This document shows, one piece after another, positions 8,327 through 18,244 of a stretch of DNA of 64,000 nt. The position numbers and the translations under genes are program-made. How positions within the stretch are numbered: position 1 is the stretch's first letter; every line of letters begins with the position of its first letter. Source of the DNA: a virus; the IMG/VR virus record IMGVR_UViG_3300020045_003852, positions 1-64,000 of that record; one strand, written 5' to 3'. The notes below the pieces were generated by a model. It was given only the letters and a program-made list of their open reading frames with translations, was not told the origin of the DNA and searched no databases.

Positions 8327-9904
8327 TTATCCGCATTTACTGTTGCCACAGTTCATACACTTCTGACAGCCTTCTTCAAACACAACTTTTCCTCCGCACT
8401 CAGAGCATTTAACTCCATCAACAGCCTCTCCATCCTTGATGAAGCTAGACAGATACTTGCGAATGGCAAATAGAAAGCTCCCGACAAATACGTCTTGAAC
8501 ACTATCCAGAACAGCAACAACGCTCTTAACTTTAACTCCATGACGCAGGCAAAGAGACGTTGCCCTTGCGATCTTCGATACATTGTTGTCGTTCTCGGCC
8601 TTCTGCTCAATGTCCAATACAAATTGCTCTGGAATTCCCTTCTCTCTTGCTAGGGCAAATAGAAGTGAGACAGCATTCTTAGTTGTTGCAGACTTCTCGT
8701 TGTGGTTGGTATGCACAAACATTGCTACAGGCTTTGTATTCCCTTCGTCAAGCAATACAGTTACCCACCACTTCTTTCCTTCTGCTCGAAGAACTTTCAT
8801 GACCGCTGGCAAGCTGTCTGGAAGTTTTACATCGTCAAGAATGATTTCATCTTGCCCTACGTCTCCCTGCTTTGAAGTAAGAACGCCTGCCATTGTCCCT
8901 GCTCGATACGAAGTGAATCCCTTAATGTACCCTGTGTTATAGACATCCAGATACAAGTCTTTGAAGTCCTCGAATGAATAGTCATGTGGTATATTCACAG
9001 TCTTTGAACAAGCAGAATCGGTGTATTTAGCAAAACCCTTTAAGTCATTGACGTGATCTTGCACAGTCAGGCTAGTTGTCGTTACAGCCCAATCTGCTGA
9101 CGCATCCCACTCTCCGCGTTGCTTCAGCCAGTGTACAGCATAGTCCTCGCACAATACTTCCTTAGTCAGCCCTCGTGACTTGTCAATCTTATATACAACA
9201 CCATTTATTTCTGCACGTAGAATAGGCTCATCGTTAATTAGCACTTCCTTGAAGTAATTATTCTCGTACCACTCACCCTCGTACCACTTTGGGCAAATGC
9301 CAACAAGTTCTTCTGGCATTGTGTTGACAATTACTGTACGCACATACTCTGCTTCAAACAGAGGTTCAATACCCCCTGATGACAAATTTGCTTTGATTGA
9401 AGTGTTACCTGTTGGCTGCTGCGAGAGTAGGCTAGAGTTACGAATTCCTGTAGTACGAAGTTTCTGCATGTACTCAGAACTAAGCCCAATTGAGTTTACG
9501 AATACACCTTCAGAATGCTTAACTGGATCACAATACTTGAACATCCCTTTTTCTATAGCAAGATCAATTGATGCTTCATAGGCTGCTTTGGAATAAGTAG
9601 TCATCAATTCTTCACGAATGCTTGTTGCCTCGTCTGAGCCAAAGCGTACCTTCATCATAAACAAAGCACTACCCCATCCCATCACACCACAGCCAATGCG
9701 TCGTTTATTTCGCATTGAGTCAATGTATTCGGGAAGTGGCGCAGATGAATACTCATTAACATTATCAAGAAACCTTACAAGATACTTCACATACTTTGCT
9801 ACAGACTCATTATCAATAAAACGATTACCGTTATCTTCCTTTACAAATTGTGTGAGATTAATACTACCCAAGCAGCAGATGCCGCCCGGAGCTAAAGTTT
9901 GCTC
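8327..9904 (-). CDS. nrdJ: class II (B12-dependent) ribonucleotide reductase, exon 2
   Basis: EQTL...CCLGSINL, RRIGCG, QPTG, SGGIEP, SKTVN, C-terminal CSECG/CMNCG Zn ribbon; joins exon 1 to give NPCGEQ. Confidence 0.92.
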   Translation of the reverse strand, partial: EQTLAPGGICCLGSINLTQFVKEDNGNRFIDNESVAKYVKYLVRFLDNVNEYSSAPLPEYIDSMRNKRRIGCGVMGWGSALFMMKVRFGSDEATSIREELMTTYSKAAYEASIDLAIEKGMFKYCDPVKHSEGVFVNSIGLSSEYMQKLRTTGIRNSSLLSQQPTGNTSIKANLSSGGIEPLFEAEYVRTVIVNTMPEELVGICPKWYEGEWYENNYFKEVLINDEPILRAEINGVVYKIDKSRGLTKEVLCEDYAVHWLKQRGEWDASADWAVTTTSLTVQDHVNDLKGFAKYTDSACSKTVNIPHDYSFEDFKDLYLDVYNTGYIKGFTSYRAGTMAGVLTSKQGDVGQDEIILDDVKLPDSLPAVMKVLRAEGKKWWVTVLLDEGNTKPVAMFVHTNHNEKSATTKNAVSLLFALAREKGIPEQFVLDIEQKAENDNNVSKIARATSLCLRHGVKVKSVVAVLDSVQDVFVGSFLFAIRKYLSSFIKDGEAVDGVKCSECGGKVVFEEGCQKCMNCGNSKCG

Positions 9905-10138
9905 CAAATGTTATGCTAAAGTTCTTTATCTCTAGCTCTCCTCGTTTCCAAGGAGTATCGGACTATATCTTCAATGTAGCCATTGTCGGGCGCTCGTGGA
10001 TGGATTATTTGTTTGGATCATCACCATCTAGTCTCTACACTTCCAGAGTTACTTGCTCCATTCACTCTGTTTAGCTCGGTATTACCTTTTAAGGTTTCAC
10101 CGAATTCACCCAATGATTAACGTGAGGCCAGCTTACCA
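9905..10138 (-). mobile_element. group I self-splicing intron (234 nt, no ORF) in nrdJ
   Basis: 5' exon ends in U (GGU) pairing with IGS GCCUCACG; core motifs UUCGGUGAA, AAUACCGA, GUAGAGACUA, AAGAUAUAGUC; ends in omega-G; restores NPCG|EQ. Confidence 0.93.
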
Positions 10139-11119
10139 ACCACACGGATTTGTTGCTTTAATTGTTTCTTGGTAGTTAGCCGGGTTAAAGTAATTTGCTC
10201 TATCAAGAAATAGCACTCCAGGCTCAGCCCTGTTATAAGTTGATTCAGTAACAAGATTCCACAACATCTTTACAGAGATTGTGTCATGGACAACAATAGG
10301 ATAGCCCTTTGCTTGCCATGCTTTAATGTTACCGTCCCACTCTGCGTCATAGTTAGGATGGTTTGTACTGGGAAAGATCAAATCCCAACTGTCCAGTTCA
10401 TGTGTGATTTCAAGAAGTTGTGTTGCAGTCCCTTCCAAACCTCTTTCTAATTCTTTAATCTTATTAACACGTTCCATGAAATCATCAGTGAAGTTCACAG
10501 ACATATTAAACTTTGTAAGTCGGCCGTGTTGCTGCTTTGCTGTAACAAACTCAATAATATCTGGATGCCAGCAGTCGAGGCAACTCATCATAGCGCCTTT
10601 TCTGATCTTCTTCTTTTCTTTTGGGTTATTCGTAGCCTTACCGCTTCCTGCGGTAACAATCTCAGAAGATTTGTCAAACAACTCCATAAACTTAACAGCG
10701 CCGGGCGTACTTACGCCAATACCTTTAATGAAGGTGCCACGAGGACGGATATAAGAGAAATTCTCACCCCAACCCCCTTCAGATGCGAGTGTCTTAGATT
10801 GCCAAGTAAGACGTTTTAGGATTCCATCTAGGCTATCATTCTTCTCTGTAGGATTTGGCCCAACAAAGCAATTTGCAAGTGTAACATTATCAAACTCTGT
10901 TCCAGCATTGCTTGAGATTCGCCCACCCTCTGTAGCCTTGAAGTCCGAGAGAAGATCATAAAACTTCTCTTCCCACTCTGCTTTCAACTCTCCAGTTACC
11001 TCAACACTTGCAATTGCCTTAGCCACTCGGCGCAGTGAATCGTCAATTGTTTTGTCTTTGTAATATTTATGTGTGCTTTCCCATACTTCTTCTGAAAAAC
11101 TATTTGTAAACTGTGTCAA
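10139..11119 (-). CDS. nrdJ: class II ribonucleotide reductase, exon 1 (TTG start; spliced product about 852 aa)
   Basis: GGRI..NAG, TLANCFV, GGWG.NFS..RP, GAMM, HPDIIEF, AEPG, ATNPCG; GGAGAAG RBS. Confidence 0.92.
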
Positions 11120-11436
11120 TATTCTTCTCCAATCGTTATATATTTTATTCCTGCTGAATACAATGCTTCTTGGCAATTACGACAAGAATACCCAATACCT
11201 CTAATTACTGCTGTTGCTCCTTTAACATTTGCTCCACTATCTAATGCAATACACAACGCAGACATTTCTGCATGATACGGCTGATGACAAATTGTCTTAC
11301 ACTTTTCATAGCCTTCATTACCAATTCTAGGGCATACCTGTTGTGGAGTAAAACAACTATTCATTCCAGCATAAGTTGCTCCGTCAGTAAGGATAACCTC
11401 ACAAGTTACAACTTTCTTTGCACAATGTCCTATCAT
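11116..11436 (-). CDS. deoxycytidylate (dCMP) deaminase-like protein
   Basis: HAE..A...SCRNC zinc-deaminase motifs, N-terminal CAKK.V. Confidence 0.8.
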   Translation of the reverse strand: MIGHCAKKVVTCEVILTDGATYAGMNSCFTPQQVCPRIGNEGYEKCKTICHQPYHAEMSALCIALDSGANVKGATAVIRGIGYSCRNCQEALYSAGIKYITIGEEY

Positions 11437-11648
11437 TCAATAGCATCCTCCAAGAAATAACTCCCGTTGATTACTGCCACATCAACAAATTCCTTCTTCA
11501 ACATGTATTCTTCATACAACGCATATTTCTTCTCTACTTTATTCTTCAACATCTTTGCAACAATATTTCTCAACCAGCCAAATGGAACATAGCCATACCA
11601 GTATGTTCCAAAACATTCATATTCAAGAGCCTCAAGTTTTGTAATCAT
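11433..11648 (-). CDS. hypothetical protein
   Basis: ATGA-coupled ORF. Confidence 0.55.
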   Translation of the reverse strand: MITKLEALEYECFGTYWYGYVPFGWLRNIVAKMLKNKVEKKYALYEEYMLKKEFVDVAVINGSYFLEDAIE

Positions 11649-11923
11649 TCAACATCCTCGTCAGTCTGTCTACTATTACTTACCGGACGAATATCATACA
11701 ATGCACAACTAGTAACAGTGCAGGCTTCCACTTGTTGTCGCCAATTTCCTCCATTAGAAGGATCATATATGCAATCCTTACAATGTTGATTAACAGCCTG
11801 TGCCCTAGAAATGCGTTTCTTCTTCTGTTCCAATGGCCTCACGGCCCATTCTTCAGATGTAGCATTGCTTATTGGTACCAACATATCACTTTCCATTGTT
11901 ACCCTCCTTAAAAGGTCACTCAC
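11645..11923 (-). CDS. Cys-rich (zinc-binding) phage protein
   Basis: HCKDCIYD...VEACT..SCALY..RP. Confidence 0.65.
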   Translation of the reverse strand: MSDLLRRVTMESDMLVPISNATSEEWAVRPLEQKKKRISRAQAVNQHCKDCIYDPSNGGNWRQQVEACTVTSCALYDIRPVSNSRQTDEDVE

Positions 11924-11935
11924 AAAGCAAACTAC

Positions 11936-12151
11936 TCATTCCTTATTTACACTCCAACTACTTCCATCGTTGCACTTTACTTGAAATAACTGAGTAAAAT
12001 CCATAATGCTAAAGAATGTCGGAGCAATGAATTGTTCAACTCCACCCTTGTCTTTGCAACGATCAGTTGCACGCTGAAGTTCCCCGCTTGTAATTGTTGG
12101 AGAACATGCAGAAGTGAGCAGTGCAATGGCAATCAAACAAATCTTTTTCAT
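11936..12151 (-). CDS. small lipoprotein
   Basis: MKKICLIAIALLTSA|C signal peptide II/lipobox; own TTGCTT-17-TATAAT promoter at 12182-12210. Confidence 0.75.
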   Translation of the reverse strand: MKKICLIAIALLTSACSPTITSGELQRATDRCKDKGGVEQFIAPTFFSIMDFTQLFQVKCNDGSSWSVNKE

Positions 12152-12232
12152 TACTTCTCCTTAAATTAAACGAAGACATCCATTATACCATAACTTCAGC
12201 TAGAAAGCAACACATGTTACGTAGTGACAACA

Positions 12233-12448
12233 CTAGAACGCCCTATATTCTGTTAGCAGAATTAAACTAATAGGGGTGTCCCATCCTATATCGTTCTTGA
12301 CAAACTCATATTCTGCAATAGCCTCTTCTTTGCTATTGTAATAAAAGTTACCATTTGGCAACCTGTAATACCTAATAGTGTTGTCAGTTGAAATATTGGC
12401 CCAAATATACACTTCTCGGATAATCAATTCATTCTCCTTATGTAACAT
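12233..12448 (-). CDS. hypothetical protein
   Basis: 71-aa ORF. Confidence 0.5.
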   Translation of the reverse strand: MLHKENELIIREVYIWANISTDNTIRYYRLPNGNFYYNSKEEAIAEYEFVKNDIGWDTPISLILLTEYRAF

Positions 12449-12493
12449 TAATTTGCATTATAACATGCACAATGTTAATGTGCAAGATGTTTG

Positions 12494-13273
12494 TTACTTA
12501 CCTGAAGCAAGTGCTTCAGCTTTCAATGCTGCATATGAAATACAGTCTTCAGCCGAGTCGGCATGGTATTCAGGCTTCGTCCATTGACGAACATCCTTCA
12601 ACACTTGCATGAATAGCCAACCTTCTGACTCAGACAATTTTTGTCCAGTAATAATGTTGAATACTTCAACGGTCTTACTCATTGAGCGTTCTTGCCCACA
12701 GTCATACTCCTTTCCACGTTCTTGCTGAAGATCAATAGCTCGTTGAAGGAAGTATTCTGAGGTGTAATTTGTTGCAACAGTTTCTTCCTCTACTTCAATG
12801 AAGTCTTCGTCGGTTGCTCCTGTAGAGGCTTCCCATAGTCTGTGTTCATTATATTGGTCATTGGCTTCTTCCCAAAAATCTTGACCTTCTTCAGTGTCCT
12901 CCCAAACAAAAGCCACAATAATTGAATTATTATAGAGGCTGTTCATCCCAATATTCTTAGCATACTTTTCATCCCATTGTACACGATGCAAGAGACTACG
13001 CAATGCAGTTTTCTGCGCTTCATTGAGGTACATATGATTGGATTTCCACAGGGGAAGGTTTTCAATTGGAGTATAGTGTCTCAACTTACCTTCCTGGCAT
13101 GCCCAGTTCCCATCGTCCCTTACAAAGGCATTATTAGGATTGTTGAAATCAACCCATGCACTATTCTTGTAAATTCCAATAAAACCAACATCATAGTAAT
13201 CTTCATCACCATAATTAATCTTTGCAACAACAACTAAGTCCCCATCGGAAAATTTACTTTGCAACTCACTCAT
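12494..13273 (-). CDS. protein with C-terminal DUF6378-like (all-alpha, nucleotide-metabolism associated) domain
   Basis: A.DLQ.ERG.EYD...GWLFM..LK.VR...H.DS.ED...YAAL; acidic linker. Confidence 0.65.
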   Translation of the reverse strand: MSELQSKFSDGDLVVVAKINYGDEDYYDVGFIGIYKNSAWVDFNNPNNAFVRDDGNWACQEGKLRHYTPIENLPLWKSNHMYLNEAQKTALRSLLHRVQWDEKYAKNIGMNSLYNNSIIVAFVWEDTEEGQDFWEEANDQYNEHRLWEASTGATDEDFIEVEEETVATNYTSEYFLQRAIDLQQERGKEYDCGQERSMSKTVEVFNIITGQKLSESEGWLFMQVLKDVRQWTKPEYHADSAEDCISYAALKAEALASGK

Positions 13274-13300
13274 CTCTATTCCTTTCAATTATGTAATTGT

Positions 13301-13483
13301 TTATATACAATCAAGTGCACTAGGCAAACCATCGAATAGCTCCTGTTCGCCATATAATTCAGCAATCAGGACAACATCATTATATACTATTTCGTAGTCT
13401 TCTGCAAGACAGTCAAAGTAGTCCTTTAGGCTGGTGTATCCTTGTGCCTTGAGAATGTCAAGGGTTTGTTGGCTAATGTTCAT
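13301..13483 (-). CDS. hypothetical protein
   Basis: GGAG RBS; ...ELFDGL..AL motif. Confidence 0.6.
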   Translation of the reverse strand: MNISQQTLDILKAQGYTSLKDYFDCLAEDYEIVYNDVVLIAELYGEQELFDGLPSALDCI

Positions 13484-13581
13484 TTTGGTTCTCCATGGCA
13501 ACGTGGGCACCACCATTTACCCGCTGTTGGTTTCCAACGGAATCTACATCTACTACAAGTAGATTGATGTTTCTTGCTCAT
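13480..13581 (-). CDS. 33-aa zinc-ribbon micro-protein (not in ORF track)
   Basis: MSKKHQSTCSRCRFRWKPTAGKWWCPRCHGEPK*, AAGGAG RBS, promoter at 13611-13639. Confidence 0.7.
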   Translation of the reverse strand: MSKKHQSTCSRCRFRWKPTAGKWWCPRCHGEPK

Positions 13582-13652
13582 GATGTTCTCCTTAATTATT
13601 CAACATAGACATAATATCCTCACAATTCTGCCATGTCAAGCCAATTCGTTCA

Positions 13653-13985
13653 TTATTTGTAAAGATTGCTGATGTATTCCCTGAAGTATTCAAACTTTGA
13701 ACTATTCCCATTGAAAGGCTGTCCATTCTTGAAGCATGAAATACCACAATCCATGAGAATAATGTCCTCAGTCAAATTATGTCCATGTTCCTGTCTTGAC
13801 TTGTGCAACATTGGACGATTGATAATCAAGCAAGTGTAAATTCCGTTGGTAAGAGTCAGCGCACGTTTTGAACTCTCATACTTGTATGTCTTGTGTGATA
13901 AGAAGCCACACGACTTAGCCCACTTAATAAACTCTTTGATGTCACTACTTGTACAATTGCTGAATGTGTGGTATTTGATATTCAT
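13653..13985 (-). CDS. hypothetical protein, first gene of leftward arm
   Basis: 110 aa, AGGAG RBS. Confidence 0.65.
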   Translation of the reverse strand: MNIKYHTFSNCTSSDIKEFIKWAKSCGFLSHKTYKYESSKRALTLTNGIYTCLIINRPMLHKSRQEHGHNLTEDIILMDCGISCFKNGQPFNGNSSKFEYFREYISNLYK

Positions 13986-14017
13986 GTTGCTCTCCTAATC
14001 TGATTGCGAATGCAACC

Positions 14018-14118
14018 ACTTTACACTAGCAAATTCCTGTTGTCAACACATTTCCAATAAATATTTCTTCTGTTGTACGCAAATAATTGTTGACTTACTG
14101 GAAATGTCATGCTATAAT
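14018..14118. promoter_or_regulatory. divergent sigma70 promoters at the transcription switch
   Basis: - strand TTGACA(14046-14041)-17-TAAAGT; + strand TTGACT(14090)-17-TGcTATAAT(14113). Confidence 0.85.
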
Positions 14119-14244
14119 ATTTATAGGAGTTGAAGAGAGAGAGGCGATTCTCTTGGATGTATGTTACGTCGTATACTCTAGCATGTCAACAACTTTGTTG
14201 CTTGCGATTCACAGGAATTTTTGACCCCTTGTTCGCCTGTGTCT

Positions 14245-14590
14245 TAGTCTCTGAAATTACCGAGGAGACAAACGCGGAGTTGTTACCTATAGAGTCTTTC
14301 GGAGTAGATGTTGTTTGTCTGTTCCACTGCCTAGAGCAGTGTAAGGTAGCTAGGAGAGCGTGGTAAGGTGGGATGCTTATCGTAAGATACCCATTAAATC
14401 TCCTGTGTCATTGGTACTTGCAAAGCACAATGATAGCTAGATGCCGAGAGGAATAATCTCTGTCAGCTTGCGCTCCCTGATAACCACTACAATCATTTAT
14501 TTGACTCTGTGGGTAAGGGGAGTTGCGAGCTAAAACCTCAAGGAATAGGTATAACTATATGATATATATACATATAATATGTATATAGCC
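14245..14590 (+). ncRNA. structured non-coding segment followed by TA-rich palindrome (ncRNA or replication origin)
   Basis: several stems (AGACAAAC/GTTTGTCT, CACTGC/GCAGTG, TCATTG/CAATGA, AGCTTGCGCTCCC/GGGAGTTGCGAGCT), then TATATACAT-N5-ATGTATATA. Confidence 0.45.
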
Positions 14591-14641
14591 TGCCCTAAGG
14601 CACCTTGTCTACGGTATGATGATGTTTTATGTGGAGAGTCC

Positions 14642-15298
14642 ATGAGAAATGCTATAGAAATGATTGGGAGTACGTTTGGCAGCCTGACAGTTGTTGGAAG
14701 ACATGGAAGTGACAGGCATGGGCAAGCCCTGTGGGAGTGTTTATGTTCCTGTGGCAACAAAACTGTTGTGTTGGGCGGTCACTTACGGTCTGGCACAACA
14801 AAAACCTGCGGAATTGGTGTATGCTCATCAAGTTATAAACATGGTCATCATAGTCATCCGTTGTATGCCACATGGGCAGGAATGAAGAGTCGAGTGTTTA
14901 ATGAAAACTGTAAAGAATACAAAAACTACGGAGGGAGGGGCATTAAGATTTGCGACAGATGGTTAGTCTTGGATAACTTCATAGAGGACATGTACCCTTC
15001 TTACATTGAAGGATTATCCCTAGATCGTATTCATGTAAATGGTAACTATTGTAAAGAGAATTGCCGCTGGGAGACAGAAAGCACGCAACAGCATGTTAAA
15101 AGAAAAAAGAAAGGCTGTTCTTCTCAGTATATTGGCGTACATTTCGACAAAGCTGCTGGAAAATTCAGGGCGAATATAACACATCTCCACGAGAGGCACC
15201 AACTTGGGTGTTTCACAAACGAACTAGAAGCTGCAACAGCCTACGACAATCTTTCTGAGGAGTTGTATGGAGATAGACCTAACTCTACCAATAAGTAG
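14642..15298 (+). CDS. HNH homing endonuclease with AP2 domain
   Basis: W.C.C.CG, YGGRGI.IC.RW, LDRI..NGNY...NCRW, SQYIGV...FRA.I...AATAYD. Confidence 0.88.
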   Translation: MRNAIEMIGSTFGSLTVVGRHGSDRHGQALWECLCSCGNKTVVLGGHLRSGTTKTCGIGVCSSSYKHGHHSHPLYATWAGMKSRVFNENCKEYKNYGGRGIKICDRWLVLDNFIEDMYPSYIEGLSLDRIHVNGNYCKENCRWETESTQQHVKRKKKGCSSQYIGVHFDKAAGKFRANITHLHERHQLGCFTNELEAATAYDNLSEELYGDRPNSTNK

Positions 15299-15372
15299 AC
15301 AACACCCCTGCTACAGAGAACGAATAAAATAATCATCTAGCACAGACATACAATTTAATGTTATACACATAA

Positions 15373-15398
15373 AGGGCTTCCTCTAACGAGGAGGCTCT
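15373..15398 (+). terminator. hairpin/terminator
   Basis: AGGGCTTCCTC-TAAC-GAGGAGGCTCT. Confidence 0.6.
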
Positions 15399-15525
15399 AT
15401 TCCTGTTTGCTAAAGAGCCATCTGTTGTAAAAATACAACACATTCTACATTGTGTGAAATATGTGTTGTATTTTTTTACTAATCATGCAACAATGATGCT
15501 TAGACATTAATTAAGGAGAACAGAA

Positions 15526-15846
15526 ATGAGCCTTGACGTAGAAATCTCTGGTGGAAATGGTGAATATTACGAAGCAAATATTACGCATAATCTCAATAAG
15601 ATGGCGGATGCAGCAGGAATTTATTACCAATTGTGGCGTCCTGATGAGATTGGTATCACTAAGGCAGGACAACTTATTGAGCCTCTGAGCAAAGGGCTTA
15701 CAGACATGGCGCTACGTGCAGACCATTACAAGCAGTTTGACAGCCCTAACGGATGGGGACTATATAAGCACTTCATTCCTTGGATTATCGACTACCTTGC
15801 TGCGTGCAAGCGCAATCCAGAAGGCGACATTTCTGTTTCACGATAA
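15526..15846 (+). CDS. conserved phage hypothetical protein
   Basis: ANITHNL..MA..AG...PNGWG; AAGGAG RBS. Confidence 0.7.
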   Translation: MSLDVEISGGNGEYYEANITHNLNKMADAAGIYYQLWRPDEIGITKAGQLIEPLSKGLTDMALRADHYKQFDSPNGWGLYKHFIPWIIDYLAACKRNPEGDISVSR

Positions 15847-15992
15847 GGAGAAGAACATGATTGTTGATGATAAACTGATTGACCTAACAATTGAATTGTT
15901 GCTGGAGGCTTCTTACACTGAACACAATAGGCTCCCGCTTTCTGATGAGTTGTATGGTGCAATGCTTATGCTAAAAGATGCAAAGAAGTCTA

Positions 15993-16202
15993 ATGAAGAG
16001 GCTTAAAGAATACCAGCTTGGCCCTTATTGCAGTTTCTGTCCTTCCAAGACTATTCGTGCAACATTTAAGTCAAGAGGATTCAGTAGTGTCAAGTATTGT
16101 TGCGATGAACACAGAAAGTTGTTGACAGAATATGAGCAAAAGATGTATGGTGTTGAGGATTACTATACAGAAGCAGATTACCAAACATGGTTTAAACTTT
16201 AA
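15993..16202 (+). CDS. Cys-rich hypothetical protein
   Basis: CSFC...CCDEH. Confidence 0.55.
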   Translation: MKRLKEYQLGPYCSFCPSKTIRATFKSRGFSSVKYCCDEHRKLLTEYEQKMYGVEDYYTEADYQTWFKL

Positions 16203-16212
16203 GGAGAACAAC

Positions 16213-16509
16213 ATGGACAATTGCCCTGAATGTGGAAGGATGACTTCCGATGGACTTGCTAAATCTGCTGAAAAATACAAGTCTCGCCCTATCTTCGGAA
16301 CTGATTTGAGCAAGAAAAAGAGTGAAGTTGTTACAGAAGCTCGAAACAGGATTGAATCCGCTCGTGGTGTTCTTGATGACTTTCAATTCGCGTATCCACA
16401 ATGGAAAGAACGTGTGCGCCATGTTGAAGGGCTACTCACTTGCGGGCTTGTTGCATTGTACAATGCCATTGAAGAACTTGAGAAGTATGAGAAAGGAGAA
16501 TTCAAGTGA
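16213..16509 (+). CDS. hypothetical protein
   Basis: AAGGAG RBS, MDNCPECG start. Confidence 0.6.
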   Translation: MDNCPECGRMTSDGLAKSAEKYKSRPIFGTDLSKKKSEVVTEARNRIESARGVLDDFQFAYPQWKERVRHVEGLLTCGLVALYNAIEELEKYEKGEFK

Positions 16510-16760
16510 ATGTTTCAGAAGATGTATATAGTAGACTCCTCCAAACAAGCATCAACATGCAACGTAAAATTGCCACAATGAAACAACACATGAAAGTGCT
16601 TGCTGTATTCTCAGTAGACATGTTGTTGCAAAGCAGTAGCCAACTCTATGCAGATTATCCAGAAGTTGTAGAATGGGCTAGTGAAAACTCTGATATAATC
16701 CAAGAGGGAAATGAAGTGCAGAAGGCTCTTAATTATGTTGTATCTTTGGAGAACAAGTGA
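16506..16760 (+). CDS. hypothetical protein
   Basis: GTGA-coupled ORF. Confidence 0.55.
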   Translation: MNVSEDVYSRLLQTSINMQRKIATMKQHMKVLAVFSVDMLLQSSSQLYADYPEVVEWASENSDIIQEGNEVQKALNYVVSLENK

Positions 16761-17359
16761 TGAAATGGCTTATTATTCTCCCTCTACATATTATTGTTAA
16801 TGTGATAGCCTATCTGTTTGCTTGGCTATTTGCATTCTACACAAAGTATGGGCATGGCCCAATTGACAATGGTAATTCAGAAGGCTATGGCCCAAGGCTA
16901 CCTAATTGGCTATCTTGGTTTCAAACTGTAGATAATTCCCTATATGGGGATAGAGCATGGCAAGACATGCAGGAAGGCCATTGGTCTTGGCGAACTAAGT
17001 TGTATGGCTACCCTACTATCCAATCTTACTTCGGAAGGCTTGGGTGGCTTCTACGTAACCCTGGGCAGGGCTTTGAGAGGACATCCTATGTTGTTGCCAA
17101 CATTCAGACAGATGCTGTTGTTAGAACCTATGGCAATCCCTTTATTAAGGATAAGCCAAATGGTGTACATGGTTATTGTGTAACAATCATTGACAACTAC
17201 TGGGGCTTCTATGCTATAATTCCATTGTGGAAAGGACGATGCATGAAAGTGAAACTTGGCTGGAATCTTAAGACATATTCAGAGAACACATACAAAGTAT
17301 TAACTAATCCAACAGCACCATTTGTTTTAACTGTATCATTTCCATCTTTTGTTGCATAA
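16757..17359 (+). CDS. conserved phage membrane-anchored protein
   Basis: N-terminal TM; RLP.WL.WF.T.DN.L.GD...WL.RNP. Confidence 0.7.
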   Translation: MMKWLIILPLHIIVNVIAYLFAWLFAFYTKYGHGPIDNGNSEGYGPRLPNWLSWFQTVDNSLYGDRAWQDMQEGHWSWRTKLYGYPTIQSYFGRLGWLLRNPGQGFERTSYVVANIQTDAVVRTYGNPFIKDKPNGVHGYCVTIIDNYWGFYAIIPLWKGRCMKVKLGWNLKTYSENTYKVLTNPTAPFVLTVSFPSFVA

Positions 17360-17380
17360 ATTCTATAAAGGGAATAACAC

Positions 17381-18089
17381 ATGAATAATATTAGCAAGAA
17401 GGTTTTTATTGAGAATGCTACAGGTAAGCGTTTCTTTGTTATTAATAAGGCTGAAGACAAGTCATGGGGCGAGGTGTACTCTCCCTATGTTATTATTTAT
17501 ACAAGCCTCGGAGTAGACACTGAACAGTGGTATTCAATGAATGCCTACTACTTCTACCAAGACTTCGTAGAAGTAGTAGGCGACGACTTCACTGAGGCTG
17601 AATAATATGGAAACTAATAAGCCTACTGTCCGGTATAACCCCAGTGGTGTTGTCTATATTAAAGTGGGAGAGGTGGCAACAGTTAACGCTATAGATCACC
17701 CAAGCTTTAGTTATGGACAATTACTTTGGACATCTTATGTTATTAACTATGACGAGGATTCTGGGGTATTTGAAACATGGAATATAGTTTATGTACCTGC
17801 TAAAGTGGAGAATTGAAATATGAAAGTTATTGGAATTCAAGACCGAGATAATTACTTGGCTATTATCAGCCATACAGAACTTGAAAAGTCCGCCAACCTC
17901 TATTATGGCAATATGAAGAGACTTGAGGTTGGGGATACTGTTGACCTTGGGCAAGGATATAACTTCTCTAGTAAAATTGAGGGTGTCTGTAAAGATATGC
18001 TTGATGCGATGAAATCTTTCGAGGCAGCGAAAGCAACACTTATGGCATTTGCTGTAATGGTAGCAGAAAGCAAAGTGGAACAACAATGA
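17381..18089 (+). CDS. three short hypothetical proteins (17381-17605, 17607-17816, 17820-18089)
   Basis: closely spaced ORFs with RBSs. Confidence 0.6.
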
Positions 18090-18244
18090 GTGTATGTAAA
18101 TATTGCGAAAGGCCACTTAATGTCGATTTTGAAGATATTGGTATCTGCTCAAAGTGTTTAGATGCTGGAGATAATGATCTTAATGCAGAAGATGATATTC
18201 ATTATAATAACATGTGGGATTTTAAAGTAGAGGATGATTATTAA
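18086..18244 (+). CDS. 52-aa CxxC/CxxC acidic micro-protein (not in ORF track)
   Basis: MSVCKYCERPLNVDFEDIGICSKCLD..., ATGA and TAATG coupling. Confidence 0.65.
   Translation: MSVCKYCERPLNVDFEDIGICSKCLDAGDNDLNAEDDIHYNNMWDFKVEDDY

Noticed and set aside
8327-11176. Two-subunit or pseudogenised RNR
   Set aside because: The gap is a canonical group I intron that restores the catalytic motif in frame.
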